This document shows, in pieces, positions 51,370-61,412 of a DNA stretch of 64,000 nucleotides (positions are counted from its first letter, which is position 1; each line of letters opens with the position of its first letter). The DNA comes from Hormiphora californensis. Lineage: Eukaryota > Animalia > Ctenophora. The notes under the pieces were generated by a model. That model had not been told where the DNA came from, made no database searches, and worked only from the letters and a program-made list of their open reading frames with translations. The DNA is taken from NCBI GenBank assembly GCA_020137815.1, contig CM035353.1:2356001-2420000 (forward strand). Direction: 5' to 3'. The position numbers and the translations under genes were made by a program.

Positions 51370-51753
51370 ACATAATATATCAAGTATGGTGGGAAAAGAA
51401 AACGGGGGAGGTAATATTGAAGACCCCCCATCATTTCTTTGTTCCATATTTTGTGAGAAGTATCTTCTCCACTGTAGCGTTAGCAGTAATCTAATGATTT
51501 TGAAAGCTATTTCTTTCAATAAGTGTAATAACTTTGAAAGCTTGTTTCATTAAACAGTATTTATCAATAGTGCAATAACTTGAAAAGCTTGTTTGTAATA
51601 GCTTGTTTAGGGGGAGAAGCATCATCTCCTTAATAGTATTAGGGTGAAATAACCTTGGAACCGGTTGACAGGAAAATGTTTGGAAAAATCCGGATAATCA
51701 GTTATTCTCGGATAGAGAAAGAGTCCTTTTACCTAATATGTCAGTCCTCCTAG

Positions 51754-52035
51754 GCATTGGTGAAACTAAAAGTCCTGGTGGCGGTTCTCATGCTGGCACA
51801 TTTAGTGAGGCTGTACGGCTATCTGAACGAGGGAGGTGCCAAGATCAGTAAATGTCCTATAGAAGCTAAAATTGAGGAATTGTCAGAGGAGATAGAAAAA
51901 TTGCGAGAAGACGAGAGTGTGTTTAGATGGGTCATCCAGGAGGCCATCGTGGACCTATTTAGAAAGGATTCGGAGATGAGGAGGCAGTTGGAAGAGAGAG
52001 ACGATCCGAAGGAGGATGCTGTGAAGACAGATTAA
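51754..52035 (+). CDS. Accessory ORF4: hydrophobic N-terminus + coiled coil, unknown function
   Basis: Open frame inside the LTR element, preceded by CTAAT...CCTCCTAG acceptor in phase 0. Confidence 0.55.
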   Translation, partial: ALVKLKVLVAVLMLAHLVRLYGYLNEGGAKISKCPIEAKIEELSEEIEKLREDESVFRWVIQEAIVDLFRKDSEMRRQLEERDDPKEDAVKTD

Positions 52036-52289
52036 TTTTATTTGAGGGAGAAACATCCCATGCATTTGCTAAGCTATAGTTTGACAAACTTGAAAGTTGA
52101 ATGCTTGTATTATTCCGTAGTGTAACAACTAAGCAAAACAGAAAAATGTTTCCCTTTAGCAGCAGTATCAGTATAGAGTGAAATAGCTTTGGTACTCTGT
52201 TGATTATGAATTGAGTAATATCGTTTTATCAAGGGTGTAGAAATTTGTCACATAGAGCTAACAGAAACAGGTTTTCCCCCTCTAGTGTC

Positions 52290-53306
52290 ATGTCTAACAC
52301 CACAGCCGTTCCGGAGATCTCGGAAGAGGAACTCCTCCTATCCCCGCAAGAAGAAGCATCCACTAGTGAGACCATACCGATGGAAACTCCTGAGGATAGT
52401 GTCACGCCTGACACACCCATGCCAATGGAGAGCCCTGCAGGAAATACTCCAGTTATATACTTCGCGTGCATGGATTGTGGGTCTAAGAACATCAGAATGT
52501 CCACCAAACCATTTCCCGTTCCGGAGCATCAACCCGCAGACAACAATCCACCTCCAACCGCAGAAAGCACCCCACCTCAAACCAGGCCAGCACCAGAGCT
52601 GTTCCAGTCTGCCAGCAGAATCACGTTGGGAGAAATGATGGAAAATCCCCGAGTGACCCCACGAGCAAGAGGCAGGGGAAGAGGGTCAATGATTGGGCAA
52701 CACACCCTGGCGTTAGACCACCCCATGCCAACGAGACCGAGGAGAGGAAGAGGGGTGAGGACGATGCGTGAAAGAGCGCCAGCACGGAACATAGACAGTC
52801 GGGAAGCAGCAAAGGTTCACTTTTTAAGGGAACTAAGAAGAATTCCTCGGCCAAGGGGAATGCTGGGAGCTATGAAGACTGAGCTGAAGGAGGCAGTGGA
52901 GGGGGCAACACCCCTACCAATCCCCTCTCAAGAGATAGTTGCTGAAACTATCCCTGACTGGATAAGGGAAGAGGCCGAAAAAGGCTTTGCTGAGATTCTG
53001 AAGCAGGAAGAGGCCCATTGCGAAAATGCGACAGAGATAACAAATACCTGGAATAGGGTAAAAATAAGGACAGAGTTTCTCTGTCGCTCTCTGTTGTACG
53101 TCCTCAGAGATAACTCTGAGGGCGTACAGTTTACATGTGCCCGGAATAGGGTACGCGGTTCAATGGCCGATTACGTATTTTATCCAATACGAGAAGCTCA
53201 AAGGATAACGGAGACGGAGGGATACGACATGAGAGAGAAGATGGAAGAAATGAGAAGAAACTGCCGATCTCTGAGTGCGAGAATAAGTGGGTACGCGAGG
53301 ACCTAG
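52290..53306 (+). CDS. Accessory ORF5 (~338 aa): PEST/Pro-rich N-terminus, CMDC motif, RG-rich segment, helical C-terminus; unknown function
   Basis: Intact 1-kb frame between ORF4 and the 3' LTR, with a pyrimidine tract + TAG just before the ATG. Confidence 0.7.
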   Translation: MSNTTAVPEISEEELLLSPQEEASTSETIPMETPEDSVTPDTPMPMESPAGNTPVIYFACMDCGSKNIRMSTKPFPVPEHQPADNNPPPTAESTPPQTRPAPELFQSASRITLGEMMENPRVTPRARGRGRGSMIGQHTLALDHPMPTRPRRGRGVRTMRERAPARNIDSREAAKVHFLRELRRIPRPRGMLGAMKTELKEAVEGATPLPIPSQEIVAETIPDWIREEAEKGFAEILKQEEAHCENATEITNTWNRVKIRTEFLCRSLLYVLRDNSEGVQFTCARNRVRGSMADYVFYPIREAQRITETEGYDMREKMEEMRRNCRSLSARISGYART

Positions 53307-53506
53307 GCGGGAGGACGAGAAGAAGAAGACGAAAGGAAGAGGACGAGAAGAAGAAGACGAAAGGAAGAAGACGAGGAGGAGAAGATGAAGAAAGAAGACA
53401 AGTTTATTGATTTTTCTTCTAGTTCCTATAGCCTATTATTTTTCTATGGGTGGAATAGCCTATCATTTTCTATGGGTGAAATAACCTATTATTTTTTGGG
53501 GGCATA

Positions 53507-53753
53507 TGTTGAGATGTGTCATCACAACAGTAAACACGTGTTGCGGGAATACGCCACGTAGGCAGGAATACGCCGTTGTTTTGTCTGCGTAGCAGACATA
53601 ACAAACCCCAGCAACCCTGGTTATAAGGGAGACCCCGGCTAGGGGAAACTAGATTTTATATCGCCACGTATTTTACATTCTAAAACCGTATCCAACTATT
53701 TCTCTTTGTTCCCTACCAACGGTTCACCCACGTCACCCCGAACACTTTTATCA
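53507..53753 (+). repeat. 3' LTR
   Basis: Copy of 43374-43620, preceded by a short GGGGGCATA PPT-like tract. Confidence 0.95.
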
Positions 53754-55380
53754 CTGGTACCGGAAAGAGTGCCAAGAGAACTAATCTACATACCCAGGTA
53801 AGATAGCACCACCCCCCCCCCCCTCAAACTGATCATAAAATGAATCCACACATGAACTAACCCCATTGCCCCCTACAGGCTCGAATCGCATAGTGATTAC
53901 CTACGAATAACTCTGCCATCACACACTCCCGTGAGCCTTCTACAAAGCAAGGAAACCATCCAAATAGTGATCAACGGGCTAACCAAGAACAGGGTAACGT
54001 CAGATGACCCAAAAGCCAAGTGTAAGCCGCTCCTACCACCCAAAACGAATTTAAAGGTATGTACGCAGATATACGTAGAACTGCCCCCAAGGCAAAGGTA
54101 ACTGGCCTTCAACCAGCACACTGGGCCTTCCACGTGTCCAAACCCTTAACCTGATTGAACACATTAAAAGGAAGACTGATTCGATGGAGCAGTAGCCCGC
54201 ACGCGATCCCATCTACCAGTGGTGCTGTAAAGGAAGGGGCGAGGAAAAGGAAGGCTGATGCTGTGGAGATTGATAGCCCTGGTGAGAAAAAGGAGGAGGC
54301 AATGGAGACTGATCATGAAGATCAAAAGGAGAAGGAGAAGGAATACACCAACCTTCTGAGAAGAAGAAAGGCTGCAAGGAAAGATCTCCATGAGAGAAAG
54401 CAACAACAGGGGATGGAGGCAAGGAGGAGGGGCGATAGCAAGGAGGTCCGACGGAAGATGTTCGAGGATCATACACGGCAAAGAGCAGAGCTCGATGCTA
54501 ACTTCGAGAAAGAGATTGCTCCCCTAAGAAGAGTTTAGGACTCTAACAAGTTTTTATGTTTAATTATACAGTGTTTTTATATATTCCAGCTAATTTATTT
54601 CCTGCCTCAAAATAGCTACAGCGTGTTCTGAATCGAATTTACCACGGAGGTCAGAATAGGGGTAGCGCGCGAGAACATGGTGAAAAGAGAGTTGGTGTTG
54701 TCAGCGTGTGTGCTGCGCTGACACGAGGAGTGTGTAGTTGAAGGCGGGAATTGGTGACATGCCAGGAACTCCTTCAGATGACTCGAAGGTGGAGTTCTAT
54801 ACCACCGGGAGTTCCTCCAGATCCAGGACAAGGACTACGCCGCCTATGAGCTCGCTTTGCTATCCCTATGTGCTGAGCTAGGCATAACACTCCACCACTC
54901 TAAATCTGGCAGAGCAATATTTGTCAGAGGCAAGGAGAACCTGGTACCGGAAAGTGTGCCAAGAGAACTAATCTACATACCCAGGTAAGATAGCACCACC
55001 CCCCCCCCTCAAACTGATCATAAAATGAATCCACACATGAACTAACCCCATTGCCTCCCTACAGGCTCGAATCGCATAATGATTACCTACAAATAACTCT
55101 GCCATCACACACTCCCGTGAGCCTTCTACAAAGCGAGGAAACCATCCAAATAGTGATCAACGGGCTAACAGGGTAACGTCAGATGACCCAAAAGCCAAGT
55201 GTAAGCCGCTCCTACCACCCAAAACGAATAAGGTATGCACACAATTATACATAGAACTGCCCCCAAGGCAAATGTACCAAAACTTTGAATCTGTAGCCCC
55301 AAAAGACTACGCCTATATAAGGCAAAGGTAACAGGTCTCGATCCAGCAGACTGGGCCTTCCATGTGTTCAAACCTTTTCT
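53754..55380 (+). repeat. ~400-bp diverged direct duplication (53754-54145 / 54941-55375)
   Basis: Shared CTGGTACCGGAAAG.GTGCCAAGAGAACTAATC..., including a GTAAG...CTACAG intron. Confidence 0.8.
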
Positions 55381-56160
55381 GGTCGAACATATCAAAAAGA
55401 AGACGGAATCGATGGTCCTCTAGCCAGCATGTTTTTATTCACTAACCCAGCTGTTATATTTCGAGCATTAAAAAGTTAACGGAGCTGAGAATTGCTAATC
55501 CCAAATAAGTATTGCTTGTGACCTCAAAAAATTATGGCAGTGTGTGAATCGGGAACTTTATATATTCTTTATTAAACCTTAATTCTTAAACTTGCAATCT
55601 TTGTAATAAATCTTAAACTCTATAATCTCCCGTGTTTAGTACTTTGTAAAAAACAGAGTTTGTTACACCGTACAGGAAACAACTGTACCAACACCAGGGC
55701 CAGGTACTGCCGTATGGCGTTGGAATTATTCCTACACTGTTTGAGAGGCCCTGGAGAAGGCCTTCGATCACTTCTAGCTCGCCGTGACGACATATAATAT
55801 ATCTGTAACGTTCAGACACGGGGGGGGGGGGGGGGGGGTGGAGTCAGTGGATTCAATGAAGACTTTCAACTATCCAGCAGGCACATTTAGACCTTTCTGA
55901 ATGCTAAAGGGTTTGAACTAACTGCTAAGTACATTAATACGAACCTGGAAGATGCCATACAGCGAACAGGGGTGTTTTACAAAGAAAGTCGATTCTGTAG
56001 ACGGACCGGGAGACAAGTCCCCTGGACTCTTCCCGTGGAGGCGAACGGAGAGCCGTTCTGGATCAAGATGGAGAAAATGGGGAGAGATATCTCCATTGCG
56101 ATTTATTCTTATACCGAATGTAGACCGTATTACTTAATTATTGCTTCCCAGTGTAGCAGC

Positions 56161-56454
56161 ATGTCTGAACAACCCTCATCAACCAAAGAGGAGGAACTAC
56201 GAGAATTATTGAAATGTCCCGTAAGCTACTGTAATGTGCGACCCCCGGTGGACCAGTGCCCTGAAGGACATGTAATTTGTAACGGTTGCAAAGAGCAACT
56301 GATGGAAGAGGTATGCCCTGTCTGCAGGTCCCCCATGCAGGAGAAAATAAGAAACCTGTTTTTTGAAAAGGTAGCAAACACCACCCATTATTTAACGTAT
56401 AAAAATAGGTATGTTAAGTGCCCGGATAAGGACATATATATATGTAATCAATGA
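56161..56454 (+). pseudogene. SIAH/Sina-type RING copy 1 (truncated; second RING Cys changed to Ser)
   Basis: LLKCPVSY..VRPPVDQCPEGHVICNGC....CPVCR....IRNLFFEKVA. Confidence 0.75.
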
Positions 56455-56764
56455 TTACTAATGATTACTAATGATTACTAATGATTACTAATGATTACTA
56501 ATGATTAGTATACTAATGATTACATGTTGGTACCCGAATGGAGCTAAACTAACACCTGTACGGACATGCAACGGACATGCGACATCCGCCAACCTAGTGT
56601 ACCGTCACCCTAAATAGATGCGTAATCCAATAACTGTGTAAATGTGAAACATAGATTAGCAAGGTGTCCTTGTGTATAACTTATATAACCCGGTAGTTAT
56701 GTAACGAATGCTACATGTATGTTTTCATCATGTATGATTTCCCGCCAATTTGGACTAGATAGCA

Positions 56765-57043
56765 GTGGGGACGCACATGCCTCAACTGTCAACATGTCAA
56801 CTTGGTTTGGACGATTTGGAATTCATGTTCACTGGAGACCTAAAAGTTCTCAACTTGATAGCTGGTGTCATGAGCAACAGTGCTAAACATCCTTGCGTGT
56901 ACTGCCACGCATCGAAAGCCGATGGACGTTTTTCAAAATCTACAACTCTGAGAACGAACAAAACGTCAATGAAGGAGTTTTTAAAGGATGGGGGTAACAG
57001 GAACAGGGCTAAAAACTATTTCAATTGCGAGAAGTCACATTAG
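56765..57043 (+). pseudogene. DDE transposase catalytic fragment, Chapaev/Transib(RAG1)-like
   Basis: TGDLKVLNLIAGVMSNSAKHPCVYC motif (D.K...G......PC..C). Confidence 0.6.
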
Positions 57044-59181
57044 TATATTATTAACTTTTCATGTTTATAGTTCAGACCCAACCCACCACCACTGATAAAA
57101 CCCCTCGTAGAAATAATGACAAGAAGATGCCCAAAAAAGGCCTGTGGGGAAAAAGTATCATAACTTGCTGCCGAATGTAAAAGATTTCGTTGGGCCCTTG
57201 TAGCTTGTCCACATTTAGCACGTTGTATGACTTGTGGGGATTGTTTAGGTCAGGGGCCCTACCTCAAACCTCACTGCATGCAGCATGGTGCAGTGGGCGG
57301 GGCACATTTTAAAAGAAAGTGTATACCCTCATTTCTAAAACCTTCGTTTATATAATAGTAACATTAATGTTCAAACTTCTTCTAGTTAAATTAAATGTTT
57401 AAATGAATAGTAACATAAGCGTCTTGCGGGAGGGGACTGAAGTGGGCCGGAAAACGGGGATAGAACCTCAGGAGGACTCTCCAACTCGACATGGAAACAC
57501 TCCACTTGGTGGAGGCCGTGGAAGCCGGAGCTGAGGATGAGTCGCCATGGCCGTCCAACTAGGGAAAGTGGAAGAAAGCCTTCCGCAAGGGTGAATCGGT
57601 CACCAGTCAACCGACCGCGGAGGACCTAGAGGACTTCCGGAGCGGTCCTCCGTCCAACATCAATTCAGGTAACAGTATATACCTCCTCCACCCTCCCACC
57701 TCTACCGCCCCTCCGACCCCAATCCCGGAACCAGTTACAGATTCACCTGTAATTGAGCCCGTCACAGCTCCGGACCAGACGACAGCTCCTGACACCACGA
57801 CTACCCCACCAACCACCACCGCAGCTGAACTAGTGAAGGCCCCTCCCGCACCGCTCCAGGAGACAGTTTCGCCTTCCTCCTCAACCCCCATGGACACCAC
57901 CCCAGGGACGGATCTACCTGTCCCGAACTTTGCGTCACCATCCAGGGCGGGTCCAGCTCCCCTGTACATGCAGCCACCACCCTTGACCCCCAGGCATTAC
58001 AACAGGGTAGAGGAGCTGCAGCTGGAGACGGAAATCAGGAGAGCGGAGTACGATACGGTAAGGAGGTTGCACGAAGAGAAGCTGGCGGCGCTCCTGAAGT
58101 GCGAGGAGAGACAGAAAGAGGAACGAGATCGGCAACGCCAAGAGGTGCAGCACCTCCTGCAGCCCTTGAGGCCGGGGCGACGTCACCCCTAAAACAAGGG
58201 TGACTCCCCCACCACCCCCTCCGCTCCTCGGGAAAGATACCAGTGGCCCATAAATTATATAACAAATAAAATAGTAACTGGTATCCCCTAATCCACCACA
58301 GATTAGCGATGGGACCACGACATGTGTGTGATGAAATTCCGGAGTCTGATACGATTCGCAGCTATTCAAGACAGGACACGGGGATGAAGTAACAGTCATT
58401 CGACTATTTAAAAGGACAATTTCGGACACAGTAAATATACACAGAGTTTGCTCGTGTGATAGTTGCATTACATCATTCATGTTCCTTTAAAAACAATATT
58501 ATTCAAGTCCTTTGTAGAAATTGCACTGTTGATGCAAGTTTAACTCCAGGTGATACTGATATTGTATTGATCCTGTCAACGAAGAAGAGGCGGTGACCAT
58601 ACCATGCCTTCAGAAAATACCGATCTGGCCCACGGAAGTCACATTCATCTTTAGATGAAAAAAGGTAAGATCGAAAACTTTTTAGATGTACTATGGAATA
58701 ATATCATATTTGAGATGTTGTCCATTCATAATGTTGTAATTTTTTTCAGCAGCGACGAAGACAGTGGTGACTGGCGATTTGCTGATGATGGTAGGAAGGA
58801 TAAGTTTGCTGCCTATTGGTATTATGAACTAAAATGCAGGGAGGTACCGCTAAGTCCTCCCTTACGCCAGGAGTCAGTGGTTGATGAGGAGGAGGTGTGT
58901 CCTCCTGGATCAAGCTGGAGAAGAAGGGCAGAAATATCTCCATTGCGATTTATTCTTATACCGAATGTAGACCGTATTACTTAATTACAGTCGGACCCCG
59001 ATTTAGGGACCCCCGATTTAGTGGCACCCCGATTTAGGGACAGGATTTTTTCCCCCCGATATAGGAATTTAACCTTATTTGACCCCGATTTAGTGGACAC
59101 CCCGATTTAGTGGACAAGAGCCTTTCCCCCGAGGGTGTCCCTAAATCGGGGTCCGACTGTAGTGCTTCCCAGTGTAGCAGC

Positions 59182-60946
59182 ATGCCTGAACAACCCCCAT
59201 CAACCAAAGAGGAGGAACTAGGAGAATTATTGAAATGTCCGGTATGTTATTGTATGGTTCGACCCCCGGTGAACCAGTGCCCTGAAGGACATGTAGGCTA
59301 AATGAACTCCCTGCAAGGAGGTGGAGGGAACAACTTATAGAAGGGGTCGACATGATGAATTCAGTGGTTAACCCATCTAGTATCCCGGGAGCGGACGGCA
59401 CCTGTATATATTGTATATAATGGTTCGACCCCCGGTGAACCAGTGCCCTGAAGGACACGTCATTTGCAATGGATGTAAGGAGCAGCTCATGAAGGAGGTG
59501 TGCCCGGTATGCAGGGCCACCATGGGAAAGATAAGAAATCTCTTTTTCGAGAAAGTAGCCAACATGCTACTGCTGATGTGCAAGAGCAATTGCGGAGAAC
59601 CGGTTTAACGACACCACCGATTATTTGACTTGCAAGAATAGGTATGTTAAGCGCCCGGAAAAGGACATTATGAAATCATGTTGGCACCCGAATGGAGCTA
59701 AACGAACACCTATAAATGAAAGAAATTCCTTGCTAAAAGAGTCTCGAATTACAAAAGAGAAGACAATAAAAGTTGTATTTATCAGTTGTTCAGTTACATC
59801 AACTTCAATGTTTTATAACTGACATATTTTCTATTTGAACCGGTACCCCGGCCTTCGCAAAAAATGTTTTATAACTCTGGAACTTCGACAGAATTTAGGG
59901 TAGGTCTGAATCTAGGGTAGGTCTGTAACGTATCGTTTATCAAAACATTGCAATTCGAGAATAAAGATGGGTGCACCACTTTTAATTTCAGGCCGATAAA
60001 GTTAATTTTATTTGATATTGTGATGTACGGAACACAGTTCACCGACCACCGTCTACCGACGTAATGGATGATTAAGATGGAACTTCAATGATTTGATACG
60101 AGATACGGGAAGTGGTTCAGTTGCAGTGACCTAATCTGTGTCTAACCTCGAATTTCAATGAGTTGATACGAGATACGGGGTGTGGTTCAGTGACCTAATT
60201 TGTGTCCAACCTCGAATTGCAATGAGTTAATACGAGATATAGGACCTAATCTCGAATTGCAATGATTTGATAAACGATACGTTACGGACCTACCCTAAAT
60301 TCAGACCTACCCTAAATTCAGACCTACCCTAAATTCAGACCTACTCTAAATTCAGACCTACCCTAAATTCTGTCGAAGTTCTACTGAGAAGGTAGCCAAC
60401 ATGCTACCGCTGATGTACGAGAGCAACTGCGGAGAAGCTGTTGAGTTTAACGACACCACCCATTATTTGACTTGTAAAAATCTCTATGTAAAGTGCCCGG
60501 AAACTGACATTTGTATACATGTGGATTGTGGACACGCGGAAAGAGTTGATGGATCATTTATACGGACATGCTACTAGTGAAAAAGTGGTAGGAGACACCG
60601 TTGTGCTAAAACTGGATTGCCTGGATGGGCAAAGTCATGGACTCTTCCGCTCATGACCTATGAGGAGCCCTTCTGGGTAAAAATTGAGAGTAAACCGAAG
60701 AAGGAGATTGAGGTAGCGGTCTATTCTTTATCCTTCCTTGAGAAGCGGTTTGACACAAACATCAAGTGGAACGGGCCTATTCCAAACCTGGAGAGCGACT
60801 ATGGGGTAAACGAGGGAGACGTTTTGAATATTCCTTGTCGAACTTGGCAGCGACTGCTCGGCACATCGAGAGATCTAAGTATCAGGGTTCGGATTAGACA
60901 GCTACAGACAGTGCAGCTCAATGGAGCAGGATGTGAAATCCAGTAG
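59182..60946 (+). pseudogene. SIAH/Sina-like RING copies 2-3 plus fragmented C-terminal region, split by insertions
   Basis: 59182-59301 CPVCY..VRPPVNQCPEGH; 59420-59608 rest of RING; 60385-60946 zinc-finger-like and beta-rich C-terminal remnant (EEPFWVKIE..VYS..IKWNGPI). Confidence 0.65.
59880..60381. mobile_element. ~500-bp TIR element with internal tandem subrepeats
   Basis: GAACTTCGACAGAATTTAGGGTAGGTCTGAA and its reverse complement at the ends; 17-bp repeats at 60288-60370. Confidence 0.7.
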
Positions 60947-61287
60947 TGTGTGACAACACACATGTCGGTGTGTTAATCACTATCATTAACTTAATATTAT
61001 ATCAGCAGCATGCCCATTTTAACCTAATCTAACTACCTTTTCATTGAAAGCCGTCACAAACAGACTATCTTTTAATGTTCAGAACAATCCGAGTACCAGT
61101 TCTTTAGCACGCAAGAAGGTGCAATACTACATGTTATATTGTAATGTATATCAGAGATAATAAATAAATAAATAAATGTGTTTTCGCAATGATCCTTGTT
61201 TTCATACCTGTTTAATGCACTGCATTTTACGTTATCTACACACTAACCAAATTAATTACTTAACTAGTGCTTCCCAGTGTAGCAACA

Positions 61288-61412
61288 TGCCTGAACAACC
61301 CTTATCAACCAAAGAGGAGGAACTACGAGAATTATTGAAATGTCCCGTATGTTATTGTAATGTGCGACCCCCGGTGAACCAGTGCCCTGAATGGATGCAA
61401 GGAGCAGCTCAT
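61288..61412 (+). pseudogene. SIAH/Sina-like RING copy 4 (internal deletion)
   Basis: MPEQPLSTKEEELRELLKCPVCYCNVRPPVNQCPE, then frameshift. Confidence 0.7.

Larger units (their letters stand above)
43374..53753 (+). mobile_element. Full-length env-bearing Ty3/gypsy (Metaviridae) LTR element, 10.4 kb, five ORFs
   Basis: Two 247-bp TG...CA LTRs, PBS-like TGGAGCCTGATCG at 43623, gag, pol (PR-RT-RH-IN order), env, ORF4, ORF5; no TSD. Confidence 0.95.

Noticed and set aside
44004-52854. Antisense ORFs over gag, pol, env and ORF5
   Set aside because: Shadow frames of the sense genes with no motifs.
56451-56523. 10-bp tandem repeat ATGATTACTA
   Set aside because: Ordinary short minisatellite with no further structure.
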